Below are positions 26,691 through 42,210 of a stretch of DNA of 64,000 nucleotides, piece by piece. Numbering within the stretch: the first letter of the stretch is position 1; each line of letters opens with the position of its first letter. The stretch is from Paragordius varius. Its lineage: Eukaryota > Animalia > Nematomorpha. Under the pieces are notes generated by a model. It was not told the DNA's origin and ran no database searches. It worked only from the letters and a program-made list of their open reading frames with translations. The translations under genes and the position numbers were made by a program. The stretch spans positions 6,448,001 through 6,512,000 of the forward strand of contig OZ176051.1 of the NCBI GenBank assembly GCA_964247055.1, in the 5' to 3' direction.

Positions 26691-29600
26691 TAAGAATAAA
26701 CCAATTATATTAAATGCCTAAAATGTTATAGGGTCTATTTAACAAGGGGATAATAAACAAACTAAATTATTTATATCGACGACAGACTTTTATCGATGCG
26801 CCGTCGGTCGAACTATGTAAGAATCAGTTGATATAATAATAAAATTTTTTATATCTATATTTGCAAACCATTAAAAGGTTGACACAAAGCGCTTTAACTT
26901 TAACTACGTAATACAATAAACTGTCTTATGATGAGCCCAATTGTTTAATACATGTCTCTTCATCTACAAGACGACACTTTCAATAGGACCATTCCAAATA
27001 AAATTTTTATCCATAAGAAAATAAAATATATATAAAAAATAAAATAAAATAAATCATTGAAAAATTTAAAATCACCGTTAGTTTTTTTAGTTTTTGTATA
27101 ATGTGAGTTGACGCTATCATATGATTTTAGTAATTAAAGGTATAAAAATAAATTATTTTGAAAACTAAAATTTAAACATTGAATAAATACACTTAATATA
27201 GTATAAAATTGAGCAATTATTTGTATGATAAATATGTATTTTAATACGGTATAAATCAGAATATTTTATTTAGATTGACCCATAAAACATCTAAACTTTT
27301 ACGTTTATTGTGATCAGTCTATGATAACCTTTAATTTGCACGCGACAAAAAAACCCTATAGAAAACATCTCCTTTTTATCTTTGAATCGAAATTGGGTAA
27401 AAAAGTTCGAAAAATTTAATTAAAACTTAATTTATTTAGCCATATATGGGTGGACTAATTTATACCTAAACTCACTAAATGATAATATTAATCTGATATT
27501 TTTTCATTATATTCCTATAGGGAAAAGTATAATTAGAAAAATGTCGGAAATTTTAAAAATATATAAGTTAATTAATGTTGACATTTTCAATTTAAAATGC
27601 CGGAATACTGCTTAAATAGAGTTAACCAAAATTACGACTTAATAATTCATTACTTGATTAATATAAATTGGTTGTGACAAGAAATATATTTTAATTATAA
27701 ACCAAAACACAACAAGATTTCTAAAAATTTTTTTAATAAAAGTGTCAATATTTTAATATTTATTTACATATACTTTGCATATATATATATATATATATAT
27801 TAATTAAACATGTAATGTAATTTAATTTAATTAATATCAAGCGTCAAAAACCTTGAAAAATGAAAAAAATATCTTTCGTAGGGCTAAAATATTATATTTT
27901 CCATTTTTCCACAATATTTTTAAAATTGATAATATTTTTTTGCTATCAAACAAGTATATAAAAACCATTTTCAATCACTTATCATTACAATAATTATTGA
28001 TAGTGTTAGTAATTTTCCATAACAAAATACAATTTTTTGTATGTTATAAAATAAAAATAAAATAAATGTTCACAAGGGACGGGAATATTTGAAGTAAACT
28101 GTACTGATATCTGATTAAGTTAAAAAAACAATTGATTGATTTTTTCACCATAAATCTCGGCGTTTTCTATAAATGTATTGATATTTGTACCCTGTAAAAG
28201 ACTATAAAATCAGATATGATGATGAGATTGAATCATTTATCTCTAAAAAATATTCTTTCTAAGCTTGCTTTGGAAAAAAACCATGTAGCACTTATCTTTG
28301 TCGATTGGCTATTAGTGTCAAAACTTATCAATGATCTTTTTCTGATTATTAAACGATTCAAAAGAATGTGTGTGTGCATGCGTAAGCCAAAAGCGTTTTT
28401 GGCGTCGTAATTATGATTTATACATACATGTAATGGACACATCTACATAGTATAAATAGTAATGATTTTATATTCCTATCTGTATATGGATAAATTTCCT
28501 TGAGTCCAATTATTTTAGTTCGATTGCAATTATATTAGAAGTTTCGATATTATGAATTAGAGGTGTTTCAAAACGTGATTGTTGTTAGTCGTTTTTATTT
28601 CTGTTTTATCAGTTACTGTATTATATAGAAAGGGTTAGAGGTTTAGTAATATTACAGTATGCACATTGTTACTGGCTTATTGACATTATTGTGTGTCAAT
28701 TGGCAACACAGGAGTGTAAGGGTAAAAACAACAATATTAAACGCGTTTTACTTAAAGATTTTGGATATTGAAAACTTTTTTGTCTAAAAAAATATTTTTC
28801 AATTTGAGCGACACTGTCGTTTTAAGTTCGATGATAACACACAGGTCAAATAGCGGATCAATCAAAACAAAAATACACATTTAAATTGCAAACAATCATT
28901 TATTAAACATAAAAGTTTTTTAAAAGTAGTAATTACATATAACTTAACAAAAACAGCAACACGGCCAAATATGTTAAATTTTAGGGTTGATTCAGTCGTA
29001 TAATTTCATTCATTACTGTGCTAAAAAAACAGTGAAATTTATTTTTCACATGAAAATTTGTTATAATTAACCAAATAGGCATCAAAATAATTTCAACTAA
29101 TAATGCATATATACTAAAAAAGTTAAATTGACTTTTAAAAACTCGAAACGTTATATTATATTTGATTTATACTACTTAATATTTAGTTTCTACCTGGTCA
29201 TCATATGTTGAAAATTTTTTTTATATATTTAACATATGATAATTTCCTTCATAACGAGTCAGATCTTCCCCTCTAATTATCAGATTTTGTATTGATTTTA
29301 GTTAGATGTCTCCGTTTATCGTAAAGAATAATTTACTCTTAAATTCAAATTGAAAAAAACATTTTTGGGGAAATTTTTAAATCTAACTAAAATATATATG
29401 TGGTGTGATATGTTTATCTAGCAAATTATTTTTAATATATTTTTTTAATAATCGGGTTATTGATCAATGGCCTAAGGGCTTCCTCCATATAATATTCGGA
29501 AAAACCCAAACCAACCGCAGTGTGGCTCGTAATGTTACGTTTTTACCAATTTATAAATTTTTGCCGGGACCTCTATATAATGTATTTTGCATGGAAAAAA

Positions 29601-30114
29601 TATTTAATAAGTTGAATAAGGCATTCACTGAAAATTAGATTTAAATAAGACCCATCGTCGCAAGATATTATCTACTTTAAAAATAATATTAATTAGGAAT
29701 CCAATTAAGATATCGTGATTTGGAAATTAACCTATCCCACATTAGTCTTTCATATTCTCATGAAATGCAAATATTATATTAAAAAAAGTTTGTAATACAG
29801 ATATATATATATCATTGGTTAGTTACCAAGAAAAATATATGGTAGTACCAATATATTAAAACCTCTTAACTTAATCATGTATAATTAATTAATTAATTTA
29901 AAGAGGAATAACCTTTATATTATTTACGTTAAGAAAGAAAATATGAAAAAGCACAGAATTTATACAAAATATTATTACTTTTTAAGCTTATGATTAGCCA
30001 ATATATGTAGTAAATTTAAGTATAATCAGTATATACTTTTTTTTGCAGAGTCTAAAATCTTAAACAAAATATACATAATCTCTTGTATAAATACAACGCA
30101 AAAAATTAATTATA

Positions 30115-30303
30115 GTATGAGTAAGTATACATTGCTAGAAAGTTATTAATTAATGCCAAATAGTATATACAACAAAGGGCAGTATTATTGGCTTTTAGTT
30201 ATTTTTTTAACTTTTTAGTATTACAAGTCAATTATACTGCCCTTTGTATTTACTGTTTGGCAATAATTATTAACTTTCTAGCAATGTATACATACTCATA
30301 CTG
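30115..30303. mobile_element. Palindromic MITE of about 190 bp; further copies at about 43565-43760 and about 52228-52412
   Basis: Long TIR (C/T)AGTATGAGTAAGTATACATTGCTAGAAAGTT matched by AACTTTCTAGCAATGTATACATACTCATACTG; TA flanks; three copies in the window. Confidence 0.8.
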
Positions 30304-32820
30304 TATATCCAGAAGATACATTTAAAACATAGAATTTTTATAATTTATGTATTTTGCAAATTTACTTGAAACATAAAATTTTAATTTACACTTGTAGTTA
30401 ATCAAAAATTCAACTTCCTACATGAATGTGAGCCATAATTTAAAAAGATGTATTTAAGTTAATGTTGATGCCAATTAGTTCGAATTTGTAATATGCTACA
30501 GTTGATGAAATATATTTTCGCCTTAGAAGCGCTACCATGGATCAACTATTTTTCAAGAGTTATTAATTATTGATAAAATCAATTAATCTTATTTTCACTC
30601 ACCCCCAAAACCATACGGTTTTCTGTTTAGACTATTTAAGAAATTAATAAAAATTTTAGTAAAGAGCTTGATTTGAGTCTTTTATACAAAAAAAAGTTTG
30701 ATATCCTTAGTCTTTTTTATATAATCATGCAAAAGCGATCAATATATATATATATATGTGTAATAAGAAAATTAGTGAATAGTATTAATACATAGTCGAA
30801 TAAACTTTTAAGTTACATGTCAAATTAATATCCAACAGGCACAATTTTTTTAAAAATTACTCAATCATGGAAAAGCTTTCCTGCGAAATTTCTAACGCCC
30901 TTAATCATCTATAAGTTAACAATAGCAAACACTCAATTTTGAATAATTATAAAATCTGCTTTAATTACATAAAAGTTATAACTCAGTATTTGCGGAAAAC
31001 AAACATTTTTAATTAATCAACACCATTAACTATTATTTTAACAGAACACCGCACAAATATTTCTACTAATCAGTGTTTTCAAAAGCGTATATTTTTAAAA
31101 AAGTTTGTTAACATGCATGTTTTAGCTTAGTTTTGATGAAAAAAGGACCATTCCACTAATTAATATGCCAATGTTTTGTTTAAAAATTTATATAATCACA
31201 TATATTATAAACATTCTTTTTTTAAAAAATTGCAGGAGCGAATTACTAAAATCCTAATTTAATGGGTCAAAATCTGTTAAGTTTAGTTGAGATGTTGTTG
31301 TTTGATTAAATTATAGTTCATTTTTTACAAATTATCTTAATAAGTTAGATTTCATTAAATTTTATTATCTCTTAGTTATTTATTACATAATTTAATTTAA
31401 CTACACGTCTTGATTGATGAAATAGAAACAAAGACATTTTTTTGATTTTTTTATTATCTCAAATATATTTAATAAGCATTCATAATGAAAAGCGTGGGAC
31501 TGTTGTCCTTTCTTTGTGTCTGAAAAAGCCAAAATTAATAAATACAATACTAGTATTTTTAAGATTATAGTTACAAAATTTTCTTAAAAATGTCTTTTTA
31601 GATTTAGAGTTTTTTTAAATAATGTCTGATCGCTAAATGGAGTTCTTATCGGTTACAATTATTCATTAAATAGAAAAAAAACAAATTATTTAAATTTTAA
31701 ATAAAAAATTTATATTGTTCTATTTTTAATAGTGTTATAATTTTTTCCTAAATATATATTTAAGTTAAAATTCATTTGAGACGAAAATTTACTTAAAATT
31801 AGAAAAAAAATAGAAAATATTTCAGATGGTGATAAATTCATTACCATAAAAATGAAAGTAAACTGTTAATCTGATTTCTTATCAAAAAAGAACACTTGTT
31901 TTTACAATATCTAAATTTTTAATATATATTTTGTTTTATATTATAAATTTTGACGTTTTACTTTTAAGCATTCTTCAAATGTTGGTGTTTAAAATAAGTT
32001 ATATTTTACAATTTGCGCTTAAGATATATCATAAAACATTTCTTTAAGGTCGTAGAGATGGTTTTTTTGACTGATTCCTGATTTAGCCATGAACCAAACC
32101 TGAAATCGATGTAGGCTCTCTTTATTTCTAGGTCCATTCCAAATAATATGGCGAAGCTTTAATAAAAATATAAAAGTTAAATGCGTAATATTTGATTTGC
32201 AATATATGCCGGGCTCCCAAAGTAATATAATAAAAAATACGAGAATACATGATAAAATAACATTTTTATAACCTTAAAAATAAAATTGACTTTTTTTAAA
32301 AAACCAATTTCTCCAGTCTTATTTGAAAATTTTTAAGGATTCAAAAAACCTTAATATGAGCGTAACTAACTATCTTTTGCCATTTACGTTAAAACCTTCC
32401 TTTATTGTTATTAAATTTTTAAAAGGTATACATATTAATATTTCTATTTCTATTACGAATAAAATAAAATAAAATACTAATAGTAATAATCGTGTATTAA
32501 GTGGAAATTAATCAATAAATAACTACACTATTTAATGATCGCAGTTTATAGGATTTTTAGCATTGGCATATTTCTAGCCTAAAAACAATATATGCATTAT
32601 GATATGTAGCAAAAATAATTTTCAGGTAAAAACGGTAAAAATTTGTATAATTTAGGAAATTAAAAGGTTTACCTTAAAATAAAAATAATTTGGTTTGAAA
32701 GCTCGCTCTAAAAGTAGAGTTAGCTTTAGTTTTAACTTTAAATCAAACGAACTTTTTTTGGCGTGGATTTTTCTCGCCCATTAAAATTAAACATTTTCGA
32801 TAATATATAAGTGCTAATAC

Positions 32821-32983
32821 CTGTCAGAAAATATGACATTGATAGTGATACAATAAAGAAATTAGTTGTGTTTCGGAGTTTCTTTGTCCCCAATATACTA
32901 ATGATTGCCATAAGGTTTGACATTGCAATGATTAGGCTTAGTGGAATATAAAATCCGAGAATTATATTATTGCTATTTCCCAT
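32821..32983 (-). CDS. GPCR TM1-TM2 exon (alternative first exon, or truncated paralogue)
   Basis: MGNSNNIILGFYIPLSLIIAMSNLMAIISILGTKKLRNTTNFFIVSLSMSYFLTG is a classical TM1/ICL1/TM2 segment, followed by a possible phase-1 donor G|GTATTA. No TM3-7 found nearby. Confidence 0.6.
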
Positions 32984-35250
32984 TTTTTTCGTTGTTTTAG
33001 GTAGGTGTGGTCAGAAAACTAAAAGTAACTCCCCCCCTATTCACCTAACCCAATCTGGCAGTATAAAATTGCAAATTTCTTGTTGGTTGGATTTCAGTAA
33101 TTATGTGTGATGTATGATGATTTTAACATATACAGTTAACAAAAATTATGTTGAATAATTATGGTGGAATACGAAAAAAAAATATTTTTGTGTCGTATAT
33201 CGTGTGACTATCATAATATTTCAAGCAATAAGTATTTTATTGATAATGTGATAGATAGACAGAGTTAAAATTTAGCTTATGGAAGTATAGGAGGAGACCA
33301 TTTCTAATGAATAAATTACTAGGGATTCTTCACTCCTCTAAAACATAATTGTGTTTTGACCCATGTGGAGAATAAAATATAGCAAACCCAAAAATTGAAA
33401 AAAATTGTATTGTCGAAAAAAAATTTGTTTTAATAATACTTTTTATTTTGCGTCAAATAGGAAGCCTTGTGTTTATGTATGTTTATTGAGACATAAAAAC
33501 GATGAAGAGATGATATGGAAGGAAAAAAATAAAGTAAAAATGAAATAAATTTATTGTAGAATTGTTAAAATTTGGTAGGAAAAAGATAAAAAGTGTCTAT
33601 CTGATAGTTTTTTTTTACCAGTTTTGAAAAACCAAAAATTCAAAAAAAATCTATCATTAACATATATTATTTATTAAAGACTTTTAGTATATATACATAT
33701 ATATCTTATTAAGATTGACTATATGCTAAAAATAATAAAAGTATATAAAGGAGAATATCAAATGACACCACAAATTAGCGTTAAAGTGTTATTAACATTT
33801 TAGGGGTTAGGCATTAAGGAACGCGAAAAGATAGAACAATGATAAATAGATCTTCGCTCACTATTAATAAATTAAGAATAATTACAGTGCATTTTAGTCA
33901 TTGCTTGCAAATCAATAATTTTCCAAGTATTTTTTTAATATAATTTTCTTATTATTAGTATACTAACTTTGTTTTACGGGGCGTAAATATATTTATAAAT
34001 ATATTAGTAGTGGTCTATAAAAAAAACTTTTTTATACGAACAAATTAGAATATAATTTGGAGAAAAATATGCAGTTGATTGCGCATTAATTAACAACAAA
34101 TTTCCGCAAACTCACACTATACATACATATCCAACAAATTTATATCAAAATAGTATTTAAAGTTTTTTACCATAAAACAAGTTAGATATCTCTTTTTTAC
34201 CAATATAAATACAGTAATTATGATAATAAGTAAAGTAAAACTTTTTTTTAAAAAAAATTATTCATTGTTAAATGTGTGGTGAATTGTTTTTGATTAAAAT
34301 AAAATAAGCCTAACTCTAACCCTATAGTATAGAATATTTGTTGTGTGTATACATTACATTTTTAGTTTTTTTAGAAATCAGCAAAATTATAATTTTTTTC
34401 TAATTAATTAACAAACATTTATAATATTCATACTTAAATTATTGATTGAAAGAGTAAATATTATAGCAAACATACAATTAACGAAGCTATACTCTATGAT
34501 TTTTAAAATATATTTTCTGCGCATATAATATGAAACAAATTATATTTTATATATATAGGATAATTGAAAAGGTTTCCCATTCTAAACATTATTCAATATA
34601 CATTCAAAATAAATGCACATTAATAAGAAACGGTTACATATGTGTAGAACTGTTAAAAATTATTTTAAAGTTTTTATAAAACATAATTCAACATTTAATT
34701 TCTTTGGTTCAATAAATTACTGGTTATTGAAACTTTGTTGTCGAGTAATGCCATTTTCAAAATTTGACATGGAACATAAAAAAGTTAAATATATTATTGC
34801 ACGGGAGAATTTTTTGACTAAAGAATACGGGAACTTTTTTTAATTGTAATGAAACAACGGTTTTATCACATGGGTGTTCAATACACATACCAAATATAAA
34901 ATAAATGTCATGATTAAATATATCTTAATAATATCGGTTTTTACTAGAAAATTCATTAAACAATGTTCCCGAATTTCGAAAACAAATTAGCGATTGAAAT
35001 TAATAAAAGTAATGTTGTGTAATTTTTTGCAATGTTTGCAACTACCCTTCAAATGTGGCCCTTTAATAAGTAAAAACACAAAAGTCCTTTTCATATTTAA
35101 TATTTCAAAGCGTCAGTTAACTTAAGTAAAACTGTGGTTGCTGCGTTTTGTATGTATTTCTTAGGTGTCGTTTAATTTTAATTTTATTCTGACTATCCTC
35201 CGCTATATAAATTTAAATAACCCAATGTTATAGAGACCCTAAAAATCTTT

Positions 35251-35256
35251 TTCACT

Positions 35257-35308
<52 letters not shown>
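35251..35308. repeat. (TA)n microsatellite; others at about 333-364, 7138-7170, 7838-7865, 15913-15940, 27779-27799, 63095-63128
   Basis: Directly visible dinucleotide runs. Confidence 0.95.
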
Positions 35309-35311
<3 letters not shown>

Positions 35312-37144
35312 TATTTAGTAAAATTTAATGGAAGATAAATAAGTAAAGGATATATTTATGATAATTGAATCTTTAACATTCTTATAGCCATATTTCCCAA
35401 GTAGTCCGCAAGAAAGAATTTCGGCCACTCCAGATATATTTTACCATTAGTCGTTTCACCAGCGAAATTGGGGGTGGGCTCGAATTCTAATTTAGTATTT
35501 GTTGTAGGACATCAAAAATATTGCATCTGTGGTTATATCTCGAAAATATCACATAATGCACCAAAATATTAATGCGTTAATTTTAAAACATTGGTCAAAA
35601 AATATATACAATATTTATATATTAAATTATTTTTTATCTAAATAGCATTTTAAATTGTTTGATGGGATAATAGTTTTACCTTTATACTATACTATTTTAA
35701 GCATGACAAATGAATATGCTTTGGTTAAATATTTTTAGGATAAAAGTGTCATCACAAACAATGATTATATAATTACATTTTTTATTTAAATAAAAAGGGA
35801 GGAGCCTAAATAATTAATTATAAAATATATTTTACATTTAAAACCAAATTTAAGTCTAATGGCTTGTGGAACTATATTGTATTTTACTTTTTATATTATA
35901 ACATTTAAATTTGTTCTTGTTAAATTTCTTTTGGGTTAACAATTCCTTGTATTAAGGATAAAATTACTGTTTTTACCTATCCAAAAAAAACTTTTTGTTA
36001 ACAAATTGTATTATTAAAAATTGTGCTTTTTATACAATTCAAAAATTATCAATTTAAAAATTCGCAGCGTAAGTTTTCGTTAAAGCTTTAAATAGGATAA
36101 ATGGATTAACCACTCATTATAACATTTATATAATTATATTTAACACAAATTATTGGATTTATGAAGGTCCATTTTTTCAAATATAATTAGATTTAACTAA
36201 TAAAACTTAGATAATATTGTTCTTAAAATTAAAAAGCAAAAAAAAACTAATATATTATATTTATAAAATATATATATATATATTTCCTAATCCATTTAAT
36301 TTTATTAAACCTATACTTTTTGTAACAGTTTATGAAATTAAGTAAAAATGTTTTTTAATAATTTTGTAATTTATTTGATCGTTATGGGGTTTGTTTCTAA
36401 TTATACAGAAATTTGATGACAACATTATAATCAAGCTTAGCCTTTATCTATCTAAGTGTTGATTTTAGTAACTATGATCTAAAACAATTATAATTTATAT
36501 TATATATAGGTTGTTCATCAACTGGTTAGAGATTTGGAAAAAAGATAAAATTCTAATTAAATTTGTGTGTGCGCTCTATAACAAAATTTGACCATGTCCA
36601 AATACATTGTCATGTAAAATTAATAGTATAGGAATAGAGGCGAATTCCATGGCTAAAAACATAATCAATTTCAATTTTTAGAAAATGATTTTCGGGTTAA
36701 TAGATCCACAGGTGAGGGAATGTATCTAAATTCAAGCGAAATTATTTATTTAATGTGAAAAATATAGTTTCTTTACAGGAGGTTTTTATCCAAAAAATGG
36801 ACGGGCCAATCATATTTATAAATAAAACTAATTACAGAAAATATTTGATATTTTATTTTTTTGAAAGCTAACTGTAAGGAATTTTTAAAAGTATTTTTTA
36901 ACTTAAAGCTTATTATTGTCAAATGAATATCTCTGGCTCGAAAATATAACTACAGAACTTGCACTATTTTGGTTCTAGGATTTAAGTATGTTTGTGTCTG
37001 GTTCTAAGAACTTTTTAAAGAACGGGAAGAAAGCTTTTCTAAATCATTTACAGAATCATTGTTCAGATACAATGTGAATTAAATGTCACAATCTACATCA
37101 AAACTTAATTTGATGAATGACACTCTTTAAATTATTTTTGTGAT

Positions 37145-37485
37145 ATACCATTTACAATTCAAATTCACCCATAAACAACTCAAATTCACTCTCTACCAAT
37201 TCAAATTAACCATTAAACAATTTAAATTCACCCTAAAAATAAATTTTGTCTTTTCGGGCTAATATAACTCTTCATTAATGGAATATATCTTAATGGCATA
37301 GTTTATTATTTTTTCGGTATTATATTACTTTTAAACAAATGTTATTTTTTAAAAATATAAAAAGAAGTAATTTTTAATCTTAAAAAACTCATAATGGTAA
37401 ATTTGAATTGTTCGAGGGTCAATTTGTATTGTTCAAGGGTAAATTTAGATTGTTCAAGGGTGAATTTAACTGTAAATGGTATATA
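37145..37485. mobile_element. MITE of about 340 bp with subterminal repeats of about 20 bp; second copy at about 56405-56670
   Basis: TIR TACCATTTACA.TT.AAATTCACCC ... GGGTGAATTTAACTGTAAATGGTA; internal TTGTTCAAGGG repeats; homologous interior in both copies. Confidence 0.75.
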
Positions 37486-40400
37486 TAGTAAAAATTATTA
37501 AAATCTCTATTAAATTAAAACATATTAATATTTTTGAAACTGATTGGAACTCACGGTTTGGTTCTAAGCCGGTGTTACGTTTAAGGATTTTTTGGTTCCA
37601 AAATTGTTCTGATAAAATTCTGTATATTAAAAGTCATTTAGAACAATCAGATATCTGGCTTCTTTATTTAAATATAACTTTTTTCCTTGAAAAATATTTT
37701 GTTATAAAATACTGTTTTTAAACAATTTTAAATGCATAAATGTCCGAAATTCGTGATTAAATAATGAGTTAAGTTGCGACTATGTTATTTTATCAATTAA
37801 ATATTTATTCGAAATTTATAATCCTGTTACCATTGACATAAACACCATATATATTTTAAATATCTAGAAATATGATGTTAATTTTAACCTAAAATTTTAA
37901 TTATTTTTTAATCATCATTGAACACTAACCCCTGTAGAATCACTAAATTAACTCACAAAAAAATCCACATGAAATAATTAATCTTTTTTTATCCTTAACA
38001 TAATTCCTTTAATTATTATTATGATAATCAATGCATTGCAATTATAGACAGAATTAAGGCACTTGAATTGTATTGTTTGATCAAGATATATAATATGTAT
38101 TTGTCCAATTCCCCAAGGCAACAAACTGATAATGTGATGGTCAAAAAATATAGAGGTAGAGACAATTAACATTTATTACATACTCTGTTTTACCATTATT
38201 ATGTTATCAAAAATCATGCAATAATATAAATAGTGAAAATAACTGGCACAAAAAAAGGTAGAATTACATACTAAAAATAATACGGGATTTCACGGTTCTA
38301 ATGTTACGAAGGACGACATATATAGTCTTTAGAGTGTGTTGTGTCGTGTGTGATCTTATGTCAAAACTGAAAAGCTTACTCTTACATTATTCCCAATCCA
38401 TTTATCATTCATTTACCATCAATCCATGGCTGGTTGGTTGCATTTTACCTTTAATTTGCAGTTTGAATCACCAAAAAATGATAATGCAAACTTAATTTAG
38501 TGTCATCACTAATTGATGTTAAATGTTTTCAGATCGTTTTCATTTATAATTTCACTCAAATGCTTTTTATGTTTATACATCAATATTTGCTTTAAGTAAC
38601 ACTTTATAGTTAACTATGCATCCCACTCTCTTACCGTTCCATTGTCATTCCGTTGAGTAAAAAAATTTTAATGAAAAATATATAATCATTACCCGAACTC
38701 AAAAGTTTTAATGTGCCAATGTCTAAAAATATATTTTTTATAAGTACAGATAAATTTTTAGTATGTTTTATTTGCCATTTTCATTTTTGTTAGACGCTAG
38801 TTAGCAATCCATTCGCTTAAATTGCATATCAAGTGTTCATAACTTATTATTATCAAATTATATTTTTGTTTTTATGGAGCAAAAAAAGTAATACGGTGTC
38901 GTAATTATCGAATAATAATTTTTTTGATCTTTTATTTGGTGGATTTGCCGCTAACTTTTGCGTTTTATTGGTGGCAAAAAGAGCACGCTAACTTACTTGC
39001 AAATTGTATTTCCCAAGTATATACATCGCTTTGTTTAAAAACATAAAAAATCAAACAAAGGCTAAAAAACTACTGTCAAAATATTTTTTTGTCATATTAA
39101 CTTTTTTTCAATATTTTTGGTTTATTTTTAGCATTGTTCAAAATTCAACGCACACTTTATATAAAATCCATTACAGTAATGAGAAATGTTTTTTCGTGTA
39201 AAACATGGAATTTTTCCGCCTTTGACAAACAGAAAATTATGAAATAATTTTGCTACCTTATATTTTTTATATTTTATTTCATTTCATGCCACATTGTTGT
39301 AGTGTGGTTAGTCATCAAAAAAATATTTATAAATTGGATTTATTTTTCAGTCACATAAAATAAAATTCATGAAAAAACATAACTTAATCCCCTTTTAATT
39401 TATTTATTATGGAATTTATATCAAAACTTGTGCACACAAGACTATCATAAGAAATGATTTAATATAATCATTATAAACTAGCTACCTCAATTGAATGGAT
39501 ATTAATATTGTAATTCTTTTAAATTCTTTGATATTTTTGTTAAAAAATAAAAAAATATGAAATTTACTATAAACACTACTGAAAACTATCAATTTTCGGA
39601 CATTGAAAGGAATTTAAGCATAAAACCCATTTAATTTTTATGTTAGCTCCCTCTATTCACAGGTAGGAAACCGTTATATGGCCAAATATATTTTTTAAAG
39701 TTTTTGCGATTTTTTAACCGGTAGTGCTTGTACTTAGGGTTTGGTGTTGATCGAGTAAAACTAAGTATCGCTAATTTTTCCCTTATATACATACCTATTT
39801 AGAATAAAAATGTAGGTTGACACTGAGACAATCAAACCGAATATTTTTAAGAAAATATTCGCCTTCTGACACTAATGTGGAAAAATAACTAGTGTTATTA
39901 AGTATTCCCTATATAAAGCAAATAGTTCCCCCTTTTTCCCAAATTTATTAAGTAGGGCTTTACCATATAAAATAAGGAACTAAATCTTCAAAAAAACTAA
40001 TACCACCAAGAAGATAAAAGAGTTTTAGTTATTTCCAATATAAAGGAAAAATTTTGAGTACTTTATAAAATAAGCTGTTCGTTAGATCCACCCCCGTCTT
40101 AAATATGCCACCATATAAAAATAACGTGACTTGGAGGCCTTTTTTCGTAAAGCTTTCATATAAATTAATAATTATAGAAATTATTAACCAATTAAATTAG
40201 TGCTGTCCCTTATGTTGAATATGTTCACGAATATAAAAATCATAATTATAACTATATTTTCTGTGTATGTGTAGAAATTATTATATATTGTCGAGTCACA
40301 GCGAGTGTAATAGGGTTTATTTAGTATCAAATAAAACAAGCAACAATCAGTTTATTAATAATATTATTTTTTGTTGACTCGTTTTATGGATAAATTAACA

Positions 40401-40699
40401 AAATATAGGGCATAATAATTAAATTAGCATTCATATTTTTATTTGTCAATTTTTAATTGCCCTATATATCCTGATTAAGAAAAGTTAATTTATATTGATT
40501 TTGATTCATATTATATTTTTTTATGATTGTAGTGTTATTATAGAGTTTGTAAATAACCGAAAATCTTAGGCCGCACATTATTTCAAATGAGTATTTTATG
40601 GAAAACTAAAATGCACATAAAGGCTGCCACAGAAGTTTTTTAATTTGTCCCAATATCGGGGAAATTTTTTTAAATTATTTGAATAAGAAATCACTCTGG

Positions 40700-41070
40700 G
40701 ATAGAAGACTCCGAAAGGTCTCAATATATGATTATAAACCACCAAAACCCGATAGAGAAACATTATCGTTCCAGCGTTATAAGAATAAAAAGGCGATCTT
40801 TAAAATGATTGGATCTAATGTAATATCTTTTTTGTAACCACCTATGCCTAAAATTATTTAGTGTGCAGATATTTACCGATTTGATTTATATAATAATATT
40901 CTATACGTAAGCCTAAGCTTTTATTTTGACTGTTTACCCCAGAACCTTTATAACCATATCAGGATTTACCACTATGCAGCCCGCAAAGATTTTTATCCAT
41001 ATTTGCATAAATATGTTCACAAAATCTCAGTAAATTGATATTTCGCAAACGTTTTTTCTAAATAAGTCAA
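40700..41070 (-). mobile_element. Possible CR1/L2-like LINE remnant
   Basis: Broken frames give ILLYKS...YKKDITLD...GFGGL*SYIETFRSL, loosely matching the LINE RT C-terminal pattern LYKSLVRP...KKDI..LE...GL..LSYEERL. Weak match. Confidence 0.35.
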
Positions 41071-42113
41071 TCCAATTGGTAAAAACTAGAAATAATTGTT
41101 ATATTGTGTTTGCTTACAGTTTTATGTTTAATCTAGCCCATATATATTTAAATGAGGCCGCCAGATTTTTAAGTAAAAATAAACCCGCGAAGCCTGTGTT
41201 CGACATCCCTAATCTCCATTTTATTACCCATTTTGAAATATATATTATTGCAACTGAAAATACTCAAAATTTATTTTTTGATATATCGATGATGCTCTAA
41301 TTTAATATATATTGTTCAACCAAATTATAAATCACATCCAATTATCTCATTGTAGATGAGTATTTATTTATAAAGCTATTACATTGTGTTTTGCAAACAA
41401 AATATTTTTGACCTTGGAACCTAATAAAATTAAGTTATGATTGTTTCTTAAGTATTGTCAGCACACATACACATTGAGTTGTGAGAAACCTACCATTCTT
41501 TTATCGTGTCACATATGATGATTTTTTTCTTCAAATCTCTCTACTTAAAATTTTTATGGATTAATCGCTATATTAATAAAAGCGTATATCATTTAATCAA
41601 ATTAAAGTTAATAAAAATAATTTTAAGGCATTGAAGACAATTTTACAAATTTAATTTATAAGTTTTAAGTTTGATGATATTTAAACATTGCTTGGTCATT
41701 TAAGTTAATTCAAACAAATCAATTTGTGAGAAGGGTAATGAAATACAATGAAATTTAATTTGTTTAATTTGCAAAAAAATATTGTTTATAATATCTACCA
41801 TAATGTTTTGCCTTGTCCGGATCCCATCAAATTAATTTAATAGATTGATTTATAGATATATATTTATTTCTATATAATATTAACCACAATTGTACACAAA
41901 TGTAATTATATTATTTTTTTTCTCTGGTGAAATTATAGCTGTGCTAAGAACAAATATTTGAGGTGTGGTGTCACACATATAGAAAACGTCTTGCATGATG
42001 TGTATATAAGGAAATTTTATTTGACCTTGTTTCTAAAATTAAATTTCAGCATTATTACAGTCATATATCCTTTATTTTCAAAAATTTATTTACTTTCGTT
42101 AAATGATATTTGT

Positions 42114-42210
42114 TAAAGAATGGAAAAACAAGAGCTCTATAGGATTAACAATATTATATTCATCAAAAAAATAAGAACTAACAAGCTCTTGTTTTTTCCA
42201 TTCTTTACCA
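42114..42210. repeat. Short inverted repeat (hairpin)
   Basis: TAAAGAATGGAAAAACAAGAGCT ... AGCTCTTGTTTTTTCCATTCTTTA around a spacer of about 50 nt. Confidence 0.7.

Noticed and set aside
28216-28442. Overlapping short ORFs on both strands
   Set aside because: No recognisable motif or supporting exon chain; possibly UTR or chance.
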